A stretch of 64,000 bases of DNA from Azolla caroliniana (Eukaryota; Plantae; Polypodiophyta), in contig JBHGNT010000009.1 of NCBI GenBank assembly GCA_043228905.1, positions 9,858,001 through 9,922,000 of the forward strand. The letters run 5' to 3'. The translations under genes and the position numbers were made by a program. Shown in pieces: positions 12,773 to 27,472 of this stretch (within the stretch, counting starts at the first letter, position 1; each line of letters begins with the position of its first letter). The notes below the pieces were generated by a model. That model did not search any database and was not told the origin of the DNA. It saw nothing but the letters and a program-made list of their open reading frames with translations.

Positions 12773-14031
12773 TCCACCCCACCAAACCGCACGTCCTCCA
12801 GTACGTGCCAAGAAGAGAGAGTGTGAGATTTTGGCTACAGTGATCAATCAGATTCCTCCACGTCTTTATTCACATTCACCCTATTATCTTCATGGTCGAG
12901 GTGACCGAGGTCAGGATCCGCGTCTTGTCTTAACTTGAAAATCATTACTCTTTTTCCCGCAATGGGTATGGCCAACCAAGATCCATCTAGCGTCGCAAGG
13001 TGGTATGTTGCATTGTCGTTGGCACTTATCACTATATACGGTCCGAACCATCTTCTTGCGAACTTCCTTGTTATATTGTGTTGATTGTCAAGGTTGTTGT
13101 CGTAGACCAATACCCAATCTCCTTCTTCGATCTTCTTGGGACGTAGTTGATGCGTCTTGTCGAACCGAATTTTGTTCTTCCCTCGGGCTACCTCCATCAT
13201 CTTTCGTGCTTTTTCTAGATCTTCAGGTCTTCTTTCAAGTTGCCTTATCCGTGCCGCTAATAGCTCTTCTCAGCTCATCTCGTTCTCCCATGGTATCGCT
13301 ACCCATGAGGTGATCATCTTTTCGATGGGCATTATCGGCTTTTGTCCATACATAAGTTCCGTGGGCATATACCCTGTCACCAAGCTGTGTGTCATTCAGT
13401 CGGACCACAAGGCATAGGGCAATAGTCGTGGCCAATTCCCTACTTGACCATTGCATGCCCGTACGATGCCCTTGACGATAGGTCCATGCCCTCGCTCAAT
13501 TTCCCATTCGCTTCTGGATTGTAGGCAATCGTGAGGGAGAGCTTCACGCCTAGTCTTTCGAAGAGCTCCGTCGCTTCGTGCGCATCCAACTCCCCTCGGT
13601 CGGCTACTATCTTTCCCACACATCCGTATTGGCAGACAACCTCTTCGAGTAGAAATTTGCAAACAGCCGATGTCATCTTATTTGTCAAGGCCCGTCCCTC
13701 CACTTGATTTGTCAAGTCTTCTCTTGCCAGAGCTAAGTACTTCATTTGTCCCACTCCCATTGGCATTGAGACCATATCCACCATCCATTTGAAGTGTATG
13801 ATGAGCAGGTACGTCATTTGTAGCTCCTCATGATGACGTATGTTGGAATGTACTTGGCAAGTTTTGCATGTGGACACGAAATGGAGTACATCTTTGTACA
13901 TGCTTGGCAACCAGTACTTCTCCTTCAACTTTTCAAACATCGCCCATGTTCCTCTATGACCTGCCCAAGGACTCTTGTGGAATTCGGTCATCAGTGTCAC
14001 TTGGTCTTCTTTCTTCACCACCACTCGACGT

Positions 14032-14262
14032 TGTTGTATGTTTTTAGGGTTAGGGTTAATGGTAATGTTGATTATCGATGATGAAGATAGACATGGTGTA
14101 ATAATGAAGATAATGGAGAGTATGATGGTGAGAGAGATCATGAAGAGGTTGAGAATCATTGAGAAGCATTGCGGGGTGGGGGGTGGTGCCTAGAATGGCT
14201 CCACCCCCCTGCCAAGGGGGTTCAACGTTAAGGGGAGGGAAAAGAGAGAGGGAGAGAGATGA

Positions 14263-14315
<53 letters not shown>

Positions 14316-14583
14316 TGATTATCAATATTTCATTCATTCCCCAGAACGGGTTAAATAGTACAAGAGGGGGTAGATACATAGGGGTGTAAGCCCCCTCGAG
14401 CATTCATACTGGACACTCACTCACACCTCGTATCCATCCACATGCACACACGTGTGCATGTGTTCACATACGTATAGAATCACAATTACATTTATGCCCC
14501 CTACACATACACAACAACATCATGATAACATTCGACCCTCACTCATCACACTTGACTCTCCGTACATCTCGTACGGGGTGACA
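14032..14583. mobile_element. Solo LTR inserted in gypsy C pol
   Basis: TG...CA ends with a perfect 5-bp TSD GACGT (14027-14031, 14584-14588). Removing it restores the host frame GIPRRVVVKK. Confidence 0.9.
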
Positions 14584-17175
14584 GACGTGGTATTCCTGTC
14601 CTTCTTTTTGGGTGTCACCGAAGGAATCCTCCCTTGAGTAAGTATTGGTAAGCTTTCTTCCGGATTCGTAGAGCCTCCTCTTTCGTCAACGAAGCATCCG
14701 CCGACATTGTTCTTAAGAATCTACCAATCAGTAACCACTCTCCTTCGTACTCATCCTCGTTGAAGGCGTGGAGGGTTAGTGTGTCCTTGTCTTCCGCCAA
14801 TAGTCAAGCCATCTTGAAGAAGTTGAGTGTGACGTCTTCATCTTCTGAAACCATGTCAATTTCATTCTCAAATCTTGCCCTCGACAGCATGTCAACCATG
14901 GCGTTCTTCTTACTTGCAGTATGACGAATCTCTGGGTTTAAAGACGATATAGGCGATCCATCTTAGCATAGCTAGATCTGGTGTTGCACATCTTGAGATC
15001 ATCCCGAGGATTGGGAGACAATCTATCTCAATTATTACTTTCGACCCAATCAAGTAGTCTTTGTCCGTCTTCACTGACGACACAATACCCCAAAGTTCCC
15101 ACTTTATTTGGACTTATCTTTGTTGCCGTTCGTTGAGAACCTTTGCTCCGAACCAGATGTCATACCGCACATTATCTTCTCCTTCTTGGTTGATGACCCA
15201 CCCGATTCTGGTTGGGCTCGTATCTATAGTCACATAAATTGGCTTCCCTTCGGTATAGTCGGTAGTCTGCCTTTCTTAGTGCTGGAGCTTCAAGAAGTAG
15301 TTTCTTCAATCTTCGCATCATGTTTGTGTGCTCTTCTCGCCATTCGAAATTCATTCTTTTCTTTAGCAATCCATATAATGGCTCGGCGACATGAGCGTAG
15401 TGCGGAATCTAGATATGATAAAACGCACATGATCCGAGGAATCTTCAAACCTCCGTTTGGTTTACGCATTCTTCTTTCATGTCCTGGATCGCATTCACCT
15501 TGGATGGCAAAGCCTTCCGGCCGTATGCTCCACAAAAGTGACCTACCACCAAGATCTCTGGTTGCCCAAATGCGGATTTTTCTCCCAAAAAGGTCAAATT
15601 CGCATCTTCGAGTCTTTGGACCACCTTCTCACAATCTTTCATATGATCCGCGACGAACTTTCTACAACCTTCCTTATCTTTCGATTCATCTTTGTCCTCA
15701 TCCGAACATCCTTTTATCGGAATATCATCCAAGAATGGCATCGTGATGTCCGAGATGCAATCCTTCAAGACCTTGTTCATGGCATTCACCATATGAGCCA
15801 CCGAGTTCATTGCACCTTGAGGTAAGGTACACATCCGCACGAGCCTGATCGGAGTCCTCATGGTTGTAATGTCACAACTATCGATCGCCAACTGGAATTG
15901 GTCGTATCCAAAGTAGAGATCACCAATGGAGTAGATGGACCGCCCCACAAACGCTTCGGCAAATTCGTTCACGCTCAGACCGATTCCAACATTCCGAATT
16001 GTCACCTTGTTGACGGGTTGAAGATCTTGGATGAATCGCAATGATCCATACTTCTTCAGCACCGTGAACCACCTATTAGAATAAGGAGCATTCGACAGTT
16101 CTAGAGTTCCCATATTCACCTTCTCCTTTAAGAGCTTGATCAGCTTCTGTAGGTGTGCTCTCGGAACCGGTATTGGTTTCAAATTCCAAGGTACGTGCGG
16201 CACCGTGAAGATCACCATCGGCTCTATCGTCCTTGGATCAACACATCTGATTTCTTGTGGGAAAAATGCGAAAGCCTTCCCATGTCGCGAAACATTCGCT
16301 CTTCTTTAGCGAGGAGGAAATCCTCCCTTCCAACTCGTAGCTTTCCCTTCGTCGCTTCGGTGAAGACATGACCTATTGTCTTTGGATCTCTTAAGCTTGG
16401 ATCGTTAGCAACTTCCTTCATCTTTTGCCAGCTATCTTCCGATAGCAGAATCGCAACTGGCTTAATCTTCTTATCCACCGTTTTATATTTTGTGTTGATA
16501 TGAGCTTTCTTCATCAAGATGTTTCGATGATATTCATTGATGATAGCGTACATGTTGATGGAGTTAACCGAAATCACGTGTTGATTGTGAAGATAGCTTA
16601 AGTCCACGACTTTCTCGATTTCATCGATGGTGTCGTTAAGTGAGGTTTCTTCGATAATATGAGTCATGAACTCTTCTTCTTCTATTATGTTTTCTTTTTT
16701 TCAGCATCTTCTCGAAGTCTTGTATCCGACGCTTGTCCTTCTTGTCGGGTAGTACTAGTTTACATGCGCCACTAGGTGTGACACATGTTGCTTCTCCTTG
16801 CAATCCACGCACTCTATTTTCTTGTGATTGCTCAGACTATTTGTGCCCCATGCTTCAATAGTCCGCTCTAAAAATCCGAAGCATCTTCTCCGAGACAATC
16901 CCGATTCCTTTCATGGTTGGCACGTACAGTCAAGAATTGTACGGCCTTCTTCCCATCAAGACTCCTTACTCGAGCAAATGCCGCACCATTGTTGAACACC
17001 TTGGTTTCCATCCGTGATGATGTTATGTATGGTTGCCCAAGAATGATGGGATGGGACGTTGAGTCTTGAACAAAAAAAATTTGATCTATCTCGACATCGT
17101 CAATCGTGATGGGGATGTTAGGACATGCCCCATACAAGTCTTCGGTAGCTTCTGTAGCAGCACGGATCTTCCACC

Positions 17176-17553
17176 TAGTCATGAACATCAAGTCGAATTC
17201 AAGCCTTTGGTCCTTGTATATATATATTTCTCCTAGAAGGACATTAGACTTTAAACCTTTGTATAAAGAGTTGTAGGTAAGACTGAGCATGTAAGACTTA
17301 GTATGTAAGACTCAGTATGTAAGACTTGGCATGCAAGAATCAGTATGCTTAATATTATAGTATGTATGACTTGGCATGAGCATGCTTATCATGTATCACT
17401 ATATGTATAAAAAGTCTTGATCTCCCTTGTTAACATCAAGGAGATCAACACCAGTCATGGAATAGATATTCGTACTCATTGTCATCAACATATACATCTC
17501 TCTACCTCATCAACTTACCCATCTCTTTGTTTTCCAATGGTTCATCTGTGACA
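17176..17553. mobile_element. Probable solo LTR inserted in the gypsy C protease region
   Basis: Ends in TGTGACA and is flanked by CACC(T)/CACC(C). Removing it restores WPINTNYG|WKIRAAT as in gypsy G. The left terminus is degenerate. Confidence 0.7.
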
Positions 17554-18307
17554 CACCCATAATTCGTATTTATGGGCCATCTTCCCTTCCTGTAGACTTC
17601 AGTTGACATAAGGTTGATTTCGGAGCCATGGTCGATCAAGGCTACCACGGTCTCTTTCTTGTCCCCAATCTTCACCAGCGTCTCCGTTGTTGCTCGTGCC
17701 CAATGTGGTCGAGTATAGTGGTTGTCCACCATATCTTCATCGACTTCATCCATTGCCATCGTTATGGCATTTGTTTTTGCTTTTTGTGGCTTCTCTTCTT
17801 CCTCGTCCGATTGTTGCCGTTTTCTCTTTACAAGGTCCACGATCGTGTCATGGAACTCCTTCTTCGTAATGCCGAGTAATTCCCTCAAGGACAAAGTGAC
17901 GTGGCTATCAAGAGCGCGTTCCTCGAGAATCTTCTTCAGGTCTGTCGTCTGCTCTATGTACGACCTTAGCTTATAGGTAGGCATAGTTCTTGTCTTCCGA
18001 GCGGGGTCATCAACACCAACCTTCACGGGTCGAACCGTTGCTTCGACTCGTTTGCTTGACTCTTCTTTCCGGGTTGAGTCTCCATCTTGCATTTGTAAAG
18101 CTCGAGTTGCTTCTACATGTTCTTTCTTCTTTGTGCTCCTTGTTTCATGTCTTTTTGATGGGCTATCTTGCCCTTCCATTCAGTTTCTCTTTTCATCCAC
18201 GTACACCTCATGGTTGTCACACATCACTTCCGCGAGTATGGTGTTGTCATCTACCGGATCCGACCATCCGGTTATACTTTGTACACTTCGATCCGCAAGC
18301 TCTAATT

Positions 18308-18522
18308 CCAAAACTTTGTCCCCGTTCTAGCAGCTTCATTTTTATCTTTTCCGACTCTAATTCCAGCCATTGCAGCATAGTGCATCGCATCCACATGAGT
18401 CGCCTCAGCATCTTCCAAAACTTTGTCCCTGTTCTAGCAACTTCATTTTTATCTTTTCCGACTCTAATTCCAGCCGTTGCAGCATAGTGCATCGCATCCA
18501 CATGAGTCACCTCAGCATCTTC
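18308..18522. repeat. 107-bp tandem duplication in gypsy C gag region
   Basis: CCAAAACTTTGTCCC...CAGCATCTT starts at both 18308 and 18415. Confidence 0.85.
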
Positions 18523-19205
18523 CATAGATTTCCTCATTCCCCCTCTTCCAAAATTCACTCGTAGGGGTCTTTGAGTTTCAATCGAGCAGAGCATGTTGTC
18601 ATCCATGTATACGATATTTTGTTGAATCACCTCTCGAAGGCTCGCGCAATCCCTTCTCATGTGGTCCATGCTATCGCATCACACGCATCTAAAGGGTTCT
18701 TTTCCTTTGGGGCCTTGAAGATTCATGTAGGGTAGCGTGACCATCTTGAACTTCTTCGCTAGCTCTTCGATGATGTCGTCATCAATCTTCTTTTCTTCTA
18801 GGTTGCTTTGTTTGGGCGGCTCATCTACTTTCGGTTGCCTTGTTTTCTCCGCTAGAGTCGATCCCGCCAAGTCGGTGTCATCAACCCACTGACGATGCTT
18901 GTCGAGCCTATTGCATGCTCGCTTCACCGCGACCCAGTCCGCCACAAGCCCGTTCGCTTGGGTATCATCTTCGAGGAGAGTGCCCAATTCTCATCTATCC
19001 TTTATATCCACAGCCTTTAGGAAGTACAAAGTTTTGTCCTCCTCAAGTAGCACTTGGTCTGTGGCGGGGAGACGACGAAACATTTGGTCGAATTCGTCGT
19101 ACACCCTCGAGGCGCTCATCTTCTTATTCTTCTTTCCTATCCACTTCATCAAGGCAGGTCGAGTCATCTTCAACAAATCTTCCGTCGCAAACTCCGCTAA
19201 TATCG

Positions 19206-22200
19206 TGTAAAAGAATACGTTGTGCAGAAGCGTGCGCGTAAGACACAGAGTACACAGTTCAGGAGAATAAGACAATTTTGTAAAACACAGAAAACGCAGA
19301 GATGGAGATGGAGATGGAGATGGAGCAGACAATAGAAAACTCAGATTCAAAAATGACACTCAGTTCTGTGCACATACTTCGTGCTTAGTGAGCACCTTAT
19401 ATACAAGCCCTGACAATCGGGCTGACACAAGTATTGACAGTACTTGACGCTCATAAATGAGCCGCGAAACTCACTCCCATAATTATCGCTTACAAATAAC
19501 GCTCTAACGGCCTCTTCAGTTTTCACACCGATGCAGCCCTGTTGTGCATACTTGTTGATGCACCCAGTCTACGCACTGGGTTACGCCGCCTACTTCGCAC
19601 CGAATGTTGAGCTTGTCTCTCAACACTCCCCCTCAAGCTCAACTTGAGGTTCCACTTGCTCCACCGGATCTACGCTCCGGTTCCTTCTGGCTTCACGCCT
19701 CGCTCGCGCTCCTCGACCCGTTCAGTTCCGCGCACTTCGATCCTTTTGGTCGGCTTGTTTGCTCACACAACCCTTCTCAGCTTCCTTGTTGTTGCGGTGT
19801 TGGCGCCTCTTCTGCTGCCTTCTCTTCCGCTTGGCCCTTGGTTGATTTAGCGTATCCGAATCAACCATCCAAACCGACTCGGCTTCCTCTGATCGGTTTT
19901 TGCTCTCATCCGAGTTGGCTGTCTCCAACTCTTCTTCGGTCTTCAGGCCCCTGACAACATCCGACCACGTCTTAGTCTTGTCATTATCTCCCCTTGTTTC
20001 GGCTGTCCTCGGCTCCTTCTCATGCTTATGGCCCTTGGTTCCATCTTCGGCTTCTTTAGCCGTTTTGAAGTCGAATTCTCCATCCGACTCCGCATCTCGG
20101 TCACTTCCTCCGTGATGCTTACCTCCGCTCCTTTCACGCTCTTGTCCCTGTTCTTCCTTTCTCCCCCTCAAGTTCGGCGTGTCGAGGTGACACAACCCAA
20201 GCGCACCTGAGAAATGCCGTAACTTGTAGAGACCAAGAGGTTTTGTGAAGATGTCGGCAATCTGCCGATCAGTCGAAACATGCACCAATTTGACTTTACC
20301 TGAAAGAACCCGCTCGCAGACAAAATGGTAATGCACCTCAATGTGCTTGGTATGGGCATGGAAAACGGGGTTCTTCACAAGGTGGATACTGCTATGGTTG
20401 TCACAATGGATCATCGTCGGATCAGACACCTCTACCTGCAGATCCCGTAATAGCCAATTCAGCTAAATGACTTCGCACGTAGCGACAGTCACCCCTTGAT
20501 ATTCAGCCTCCGTGCTCGACAGTGCCACTATCGGCTGCTTTTTGTTGCTCCACACGATCGTCGTACTTCCTAACGAGAAGGCGTATCCGGATGTGGATCT
20601 ACGATCATTGACGTTTCCGGCCCAATTGGCATCTGTGTAGCCGACTAACTATTCGGCTACGCCTACTAGATATAGCAATGCCATGTCTTTCGTGCCACTG
20701 ACATAACGCAATATCCGTTGTGCGCACTAAAAGTGTTCGGCCGTAGGCTGCGACATGAATTGACTGATCATGCCGACCGGGTAACTAAGGTTCGGCCGAG
20801 TGATCGTCAAATAGATGAGACTTCCGACAATATGTCGGAACTGTGTCGGGTCGCAAGACTTTCCCGAATCTGGGCGAAGCTTCACGTTTCTATCCAGAGG
20901 GGTCGAGATGGGCTTACAGTTTGCCATCCCGAACTTGAAGAGCATATTTAGCGTGTAATGACGTTGTCTGATCAATATGCCTTCAGGGGTACGAATGACT
21001 TTGATCCAAGGAAGTAATGAAGGTCTCCGAGATCCTTCATTTCAAACGATGCCGCGAGCTGAGACTTCACGCGGCGGATTTCGTCAAGGTCGGCACCGAC
21101 GATGACTAAATCATCAATGTACAAGAGCAGGTTGATCGGTCCATATTGACCTTGCCGAAAAAATACATAAGAGTTTGATTTTGATAGCGCAAACCCCATC
21201 CTACGCAACTGTTGCATAATCTTTGTGTTCCAAGCTGGCGGGGCTTGCTTTAGTCCGTATAAGGACTTCTTCAATTGGCAAACTTGCCGAGGTGTTTTGT
21301 TCGGATAGAAATCCGGGGGGTTGTACCATGTACACCTGCTCCTCAAGATCACCTTGCAGGAACACGTTCTTTACATCCATCTAATGTAAATGCCACCCCT
21401 TTGCCGCAACTACAGCTAGCAGAACACGGACGATGATCATCTTCGCAACAGGCGCGAAGGTCTCATCGTAATCGATGCCAGGTTGCTGCACGTAGCCTTT
21501 CACTACTAAGGGGGCCTTGTAGCGGTTGACGGAGCTGTCCGTGTTGTGTTTCACTTTATACACCCATCAGCAACCGATCGGCTTCACACCCTTCGGTGCA
21601 TCAACCAGGTCCCATGTCTCGTTTTCCGTTAAGGCGCGCATCTCTTCCTCCATTGCGGCATGCTAATTTGCATCCTTCGCCGCTTCTGTGTAGCTCCCTG
21701 GCTCACGCACTTCCACCACTTGCGTCATGTACGTGTAGTGGTACACCATGTACTCATTATACCCGTATCTCTTTATGGGCTTCTTGAGGCGGGTAGATCG
21801 GCGTAATTCATGATTACCCGATTTAACGACCTTCTCGGCTACTGTCGACCTCTTCCATGGAGGTTCTTTTCCAGTTTGGCCGTGGTCTGACTCACTTTGA
21901 TCTGACTCGGCGTTGCCGGAGTCGTATTCCGACCTTTTCTTCTTGCCTTTCTCCTTGCGCATAAATCGTCTCCTCGGTTCTTTACGCGCGGAATGCACGA
22001 CCGAGTCTGCACTATTTGCCGTCTCATCATCTGGTTGGCCATCTCGGCCCAACCCCTCAATCGGCCCACTTAGCCGAAATGAGATCGGACTCTCTCTCAG
22101 AGCTCCGACGTCCTCATCATGCAGAGGCATTTCAGCCTCGTTGATTTCTTCTTCAGAAATCGGAATGGGGTCATGAGCTTCTGGAGGAGAAGGCAAGTAT

Positions 22201-25200
22201 CACGATGCGTACTCATCGAACACGGCTTCGTGGCTTACGCGTACTTCCTTCGTTCGGGGGTTGTAACACTTATACCCCTTCTGCCTGTCTGAATAGCTGA
22301 CCAAGATACATTTCTCGGCTTTGGCATCCAGCTTCCTCCTTTTCTCCTTCGGCACGTTGTCGCATTGGTACGCGCGTGCGTGGAGAACAAGGCGGGACCA
22401 CTGGGGTCTTGGAACGAGGAATAGGTGAGAAGAGGGAGAGAGTGAGAGAGAGTGAGAGATGCTCACACACGTATAGACAAAGAAGCGCACGGGGACGCAG
22501 CCCAACAACACAGCAGACACGAGTTGAGAACGCTAGCGTATGTATATAAATATGTGTATGTATTTGTATGTATGCAGACGACTCGAACGGTTACAATCGA
22601 TCAGGTCGGCTAGATGGATGCCGGCGCCTGATCACCCACGCACACAGGAGAGCAAGATGGAGATTCTGCCGGAAGCACACGGGTGTTCCACGGAGCAGGA
22701 TCAGCCTCCTGAGAACCTGCGCAAAAGAAAGCTATGGAGAACGACAGAGAAGAAGAGCTCGGTCCCAGTCCGACAGCACTTCGTCCCCTCTAGCGCCCGC
22801 CCCTTCTCTCCCCGTCTCCCTCTCTTTTATAGCTCAAGGAGGGAGGCCGTTTCACCCGTTTACATCACATTAATTCTCTGTCCTTTCGGATAGAGATACT
22901 CCTCGATTTCCCCTATAGAATATTGCTACCTAGGATTTGACCTTTGTGTCTACCTATCCACTATACAACAAGGGGCGTGCCCACGTGTAAGGGCCGGTTC
23001 AAACACACCATACACGGTTTGTGCCTGGGGACGGTTTTCTTCACGACAATGTGCACATACACGATGCTGCCGAAAATCCTCAAGTGTGCCAAGTTCGGCT
23101 TCTCCTGAAATACAATTCATGTGGCAACACTCCTCCATTAGCAGAAGTCTGATTCTGCAGGTAGACAACCGTCTTCACGGCTTCGGCCTAATAGAATTTT
23201 GGCATATGCTTCTCTTCAAGCATTGCCCTGGCCGCTTCTTCAATCGTCTGATTCTTCTGCTCGGCTACGCCGTTCTGCTGCAACATGTATCTACACGAGA
23301 ATTCGTGTCGAATTCCCTCCTTTTGTAGATAACTTGTGAAGTGGTCGAAGAAGTACTCCTTTCCGCCGTCGGACCATAGGCATTTGATCTTGCGCCCTGT
23401 TTCCCTTTCCGCAAGGCTCTTCACCTTTAGGAAACATGCGAAGACTTCGCTCTTCTTCTCAATTATGCATGCCCACGTGTACCGAGTGAAGTCATCGATG
23501 AAGGTTACAAGGTAGCGGCTTCCACCGACATTCACGTTCTGTGTCGGACCCCACACATCCGAATGGATCAAATCGAGCGGATTACGACTCCGATTACGCT
23601 CGTTGGGGAATGGAAGTCTGTGTTGTTTTCCCATCTGGCAGGCTTCGCAAACTTGGGCATTACGGCCCCGAAATTTCGGCAAACCGAAAACGATGTTCTT
23701 TGTCTGCATCTCACGAAGCCGCGGAAATTTACGTGGCCGAACCGCTTGTGCCACAGGTTGATATCGGACTCGACCTTCTGTCCTTTCGCGAACATTGTAG
23801 TGCCCACATTATTGGTTTCGAGGATAAACATCCTCCCTTCACGGCGCCCTTGCGTGATCACTTTGCCTTCCTCTTCGATGAAGCAGCCAAGATGTGTGAA
23901 TCGAACTTGCATACCTTGGTCGACAATCTGTCTGACTGACACTAGGTTCTTCGTTATTGGCGGGACATGCAACAAGCTCATTAGCTTCTCTTTCTGCACG
24001 ACGTGGTTGAGGGGAACTTCACCGACATGTTCGATGGTGTGTGTAGTGTCATCTCCTGTATCGACCACTCCTTGTGATTCCGGTTTCTCCTCGTGACTCG
24101 TCATATGATTTGACGCTCCGGAATCCACATACCACACCTCACTCGATTTCGAGGTGTTCACGGCCATTGAATTGGCTTTATGCTTCATTACGAAGGCAGG
24201 GCCCGATTTGTTTCTGGCTCGTTCAAAGCCTTCTGCGTAAAGCGATCTTTGATGCTTTCCTCCATCTCTTCCACTCGGTCCGGCTTTGTTTGAGTCGGCT
24301 TGTTTTTTCCAGCACTCGCTCTCCTTGTGGCCTTTCTTGCCACAATACCAACATTCCGACATGGCCTTCTCTTGCTTTCTTTCGGCGCAGCCATGACTCC
24401 CCCTGCTTCCAGAGGGTTTGGAATTGCTTCCGGCGTCTCGATTATGTCGTACATTCTGCTCTTTTCAGTAGCCTCCATTGTGCGCCGATCTACCTCATTC
24501 ACCATGACCACGGGGCCTATCATCCTCTGTGTAGAGCATCTTGCCATCGGCGTGCGCACTCGTCGACACACACGCGTGGTTTTCTTCTACGAGCAACATT
24601 TACTGAAGCTTGAAAAACAAAGGCGTATTCTCCCTCGTGCAGACCGCCGTTCGGAAAGGTTCGAACTTTGACGCCAAGCCACCAAGACAAACCTGCACCA
24701 TTTCATCTTCCTCGACATTCACGTTGAAGGAGGCGAGAGAGTCGCAGATTTCTTTGATCTTGGTGGTGTAATCAGCCACCGACATATCTCTTTGTCGTAA
24801 ATTGCTGAGCTCTTGTCTGAGTTGCAGCTTTCTAGCCATTGTGCTGGCGGCGAAAATCCTTTTGAGATTTGCCCACACATCCTTCGGCATCTTGGCATCT
24901 TGAATATAGCTCAACAGTTGATCGCTCAAACAGGACGTGAAGCAGTACAATACTCTGCTTGCCGCTTGTTCCCAGGCCGGATAGTCCCTGTGTGTCGAGT
25001 CGGGTGCCACATCGTTTGTTCCTTCGACATAACTCCAATAGCCATGGCCGAGTAGGTACTAGTGCATCTTGTAAGACCAAGATGTGTAGTTGCTTCTATC
25101 AAGCTTTTCAGTCGGAAGTGAGCTTCCCATTCCTCTGTCCATAGTACTGTCTTTTTCTTCTCCGAAAGCGAACAACTTCAACTCTGTTTCATCACAAACT

Positions 25201-25645
25201 TTTCTTGTCAGCTATAGAGGACTTCAACCCTCGTGCTCTGATACCATGTAAAAGAATACGTTGTGCGGAAGCATGTGCGTAAGATATAGAGTACATAGTT
25301 AGCTAAAACACAGAAAACGCAGAGATGGAGATGGAGATGGAGCAGAAAACAGAAAACTCAGATTCAAAAATGACACTCTGTTCTGTGCACATACTTCGTG
25401 CTCAGTGAGCACCTTATATACAAGCCCTGACAATCGGGCTGACACAAGTATTGATAGTACTTGATGCTCATAAATGAGCCACGACACTCACTCCCAAAAG
25501 TATCCCTTACAAGGAATAACGCTCTAACGGCCTCTTTGGTTTTCACACTGATGCAACCCTGTTGTGCGTACTTTTTAACGCACCTAGTCTACACACTAGG
25601 TTATGCCGCCTACTTCGCACCGAATGTTAAGCTTGTCTCTCAACA
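19206..25645 (-). mobile_element. Copia D: full-length but degenerate Ty1/copia nested in gypsy C gag
   Basis: LTRs 19206-19625 and 25247-25645, perfect TSD TATCG, iMet PBS 25235-25246, PPT at 19626. Motifs: gag knuckle CWYCGKKGHKESEC, PR WYVDSGASNHM, IN, RT LYGLKQ/YIDD and RH fragments. Confidence 0.95.
22358..23048. mobile_element. Solo LTR E (related to gypsy G LTRs) nested in copia D integrase
   Basis: TGTCGCATTG...GGTTTTCTTCACGACA ends are shared with 57366-58050. 4-bp flanks ACGT/ATGT. Removing it restores YVHVPKE. Confidence 0.9.
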
Positions 25646-26029
25646 TATCGCTTTCTCGAACTCCGACCACGTTGTCTTCCCTTCTTGAAGCTCAATGATA
25701 CGCCTTTGGATGTTGTTGGCGACCACTCTCTTGAAACTCATGATTTGACACGCTTCAGACACGTCCCTCTGATTCATCTCCCTTCTATATGCATCAAGGA
25801 ACTTCGTAATGTTCCTTTCGTCAAATTGACCCTTGAGCTCAATGACACAATCGACAGCCTTCTCCATGCTCGAATTGTTGTCTCGAGATCTCATCATTTG
25901 TTCGATGATCAACATCATCCTTTTGAACTCTCTCGCTTGGCTCCTTGACGATGCCATCTCTAAGTATCAGTTGATCCTCGATTTGATCCTTCCTGCCGCC
26001 TCTTTCACGTCGGGTTCACCACTTAATTA

Positions 26030-27144
26030 TGTCGTGAAGATCCGTCACTAGGCGCGGATCGTGAGGCGGAACCACCGGGGTTCTGGACCGGAAGGATTCG
26101 AAGTTTGCACTAACTTTAGCAAGAAATGATTTAAGATAGATTAAAAGAGAGAGATATTTAAACGCTTGACTTTGGATCGAGAGAGATTGATATGGCGCGA
26201 GAGAGATAGAGAGAGATTAAGTTTGGACCCTTGACTTTAGATTTAAGAAACAAGATACACCATCAATTAGAGAACGAATTTTCTTCTTCTTAAGTTCTTG
26301 AATAATATATAGCATCCTTTTGATCTTTTCATCTTCACCACCCTTTTATAGATGCTTCCATGCATGTGATGCATGTGAGGGTACAAGACATGCATCCAAT
26401 GCATGGAATGCATGTGATGCATGTTTGCCATTTGGCGCTCATGCATCACATGTCACTCAATCAAGCTCTAATATGAGAATCTACATGTAAAACTATAATG
26501 ATAGGAAAATAATTCTAAGGAAATGACATAGCTTAGTGATAAGTCTATTAACTCTCAACTTGGAGGTGCAAGGATCAAATCTTCATTTGCACTCCTTTTG
26601 AATATATATATATATATATATATGTTTATTATTATTATTATTATTATAATTATTATATATGTATGTATTTTTACAATGCGTTTCTCCGTCCGGTCGTCGT
26701 CTTGCCTGATCCATCACCGATCGTCATCACCGGATCCATCCAAAACATATAGTTATATGCATTTGGCTACATCCATTTATTAAGTCATACTTGTAACTTA
26801 ACCTCTCTATGCTCCACACATAAACACAAAGATAATAGCTTTTGCTCTGCCTTATATATGGTGGGATCCTTATTTATTCTGTCTATGTGGGATATCACAT
26901 TGTTTTATTTTTCTCTTCTTCTTTGTAAACTTCATACCCACAGAACTTGACACTTAGATGTCTGTTTCCTACGTAGTAAAGTGCATTCAAAAGCTCTTCA
27001 AGACCTCTATCTGTATGTACCAAGATATTAAACTTATTTAAATAGTATCTTCACTATTATTGTTTTATATTTCATGAGAAGAACCACACTCGATTTCGTA
27101 TATTCTTCACAAATTTCACACTATTGCCAACAATCTTCACGACA
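26030..27144 (-). repeat. 5' LTR of gypsy C
   Basis: TGTCGTGAAGA...TCTTCACGACA inverted termini, adjacent to the tRNA-Trp PBS. Confidence 0.93.
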
Positions 27145-27372
27145 GTGCTTCTTCTTTCGGTAGTCTTCTTCATAGTGGCCAATTTTTCCGCAATAACCGC
27201 ATTCGATCGAGGTTTGTTGGTTCGGACCGGAATGGTAGCTCCCCCTTCTTCCGAAGGTTCCTCGATGGCTTCTGTTTTGTTGCCGAAATTGGGAGTTGTT
27301 GTCGTAAGTCAGACTTCGTCCTTGGCCGAATCGGCCTCTTGCTTGGTCGCGTCGTCTTCCTCCATTCGAATA

Positions 27373-27472
27373 NNNNNNNNNNNNNNNNNNNNNNNNNNNN
27401 NNNNNNNNNNNNNNNNNNNNNNNNNNNNNNNNNNNNNNNNNNNNNNNNNNNNNNNNNNNNNNNNNNNNNNNN
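27373..27472. other. Assembly gap (100 N) with ~95 bp duplicated on either side
   Basis: N run. The sequence at ~27278-27370 is repeated at ~27474-27566. Confidence 0.95.

Larger units (their letters stand above)
11494..27144 (-). mobile_element. Gypsy C: degenerate non-chromoviral Ty3/gypsy (Phygy-like), tRNA-Trp primed, containing nested insertions
   Basis: LTRs ~11494-12772 and 26030-27144 (end TTCACGACA). Plus-strand TTCACGTCGGGTTCACCA at 26004-26021 matches the 3' end of plant tRNA-Trp. PPT at ~12773-12784. Protease LIDHGSEINL, RT LPQG/FLDD, integrase ADRGELD. Flanks ACGC/GTGC. Confidence 0.9.
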
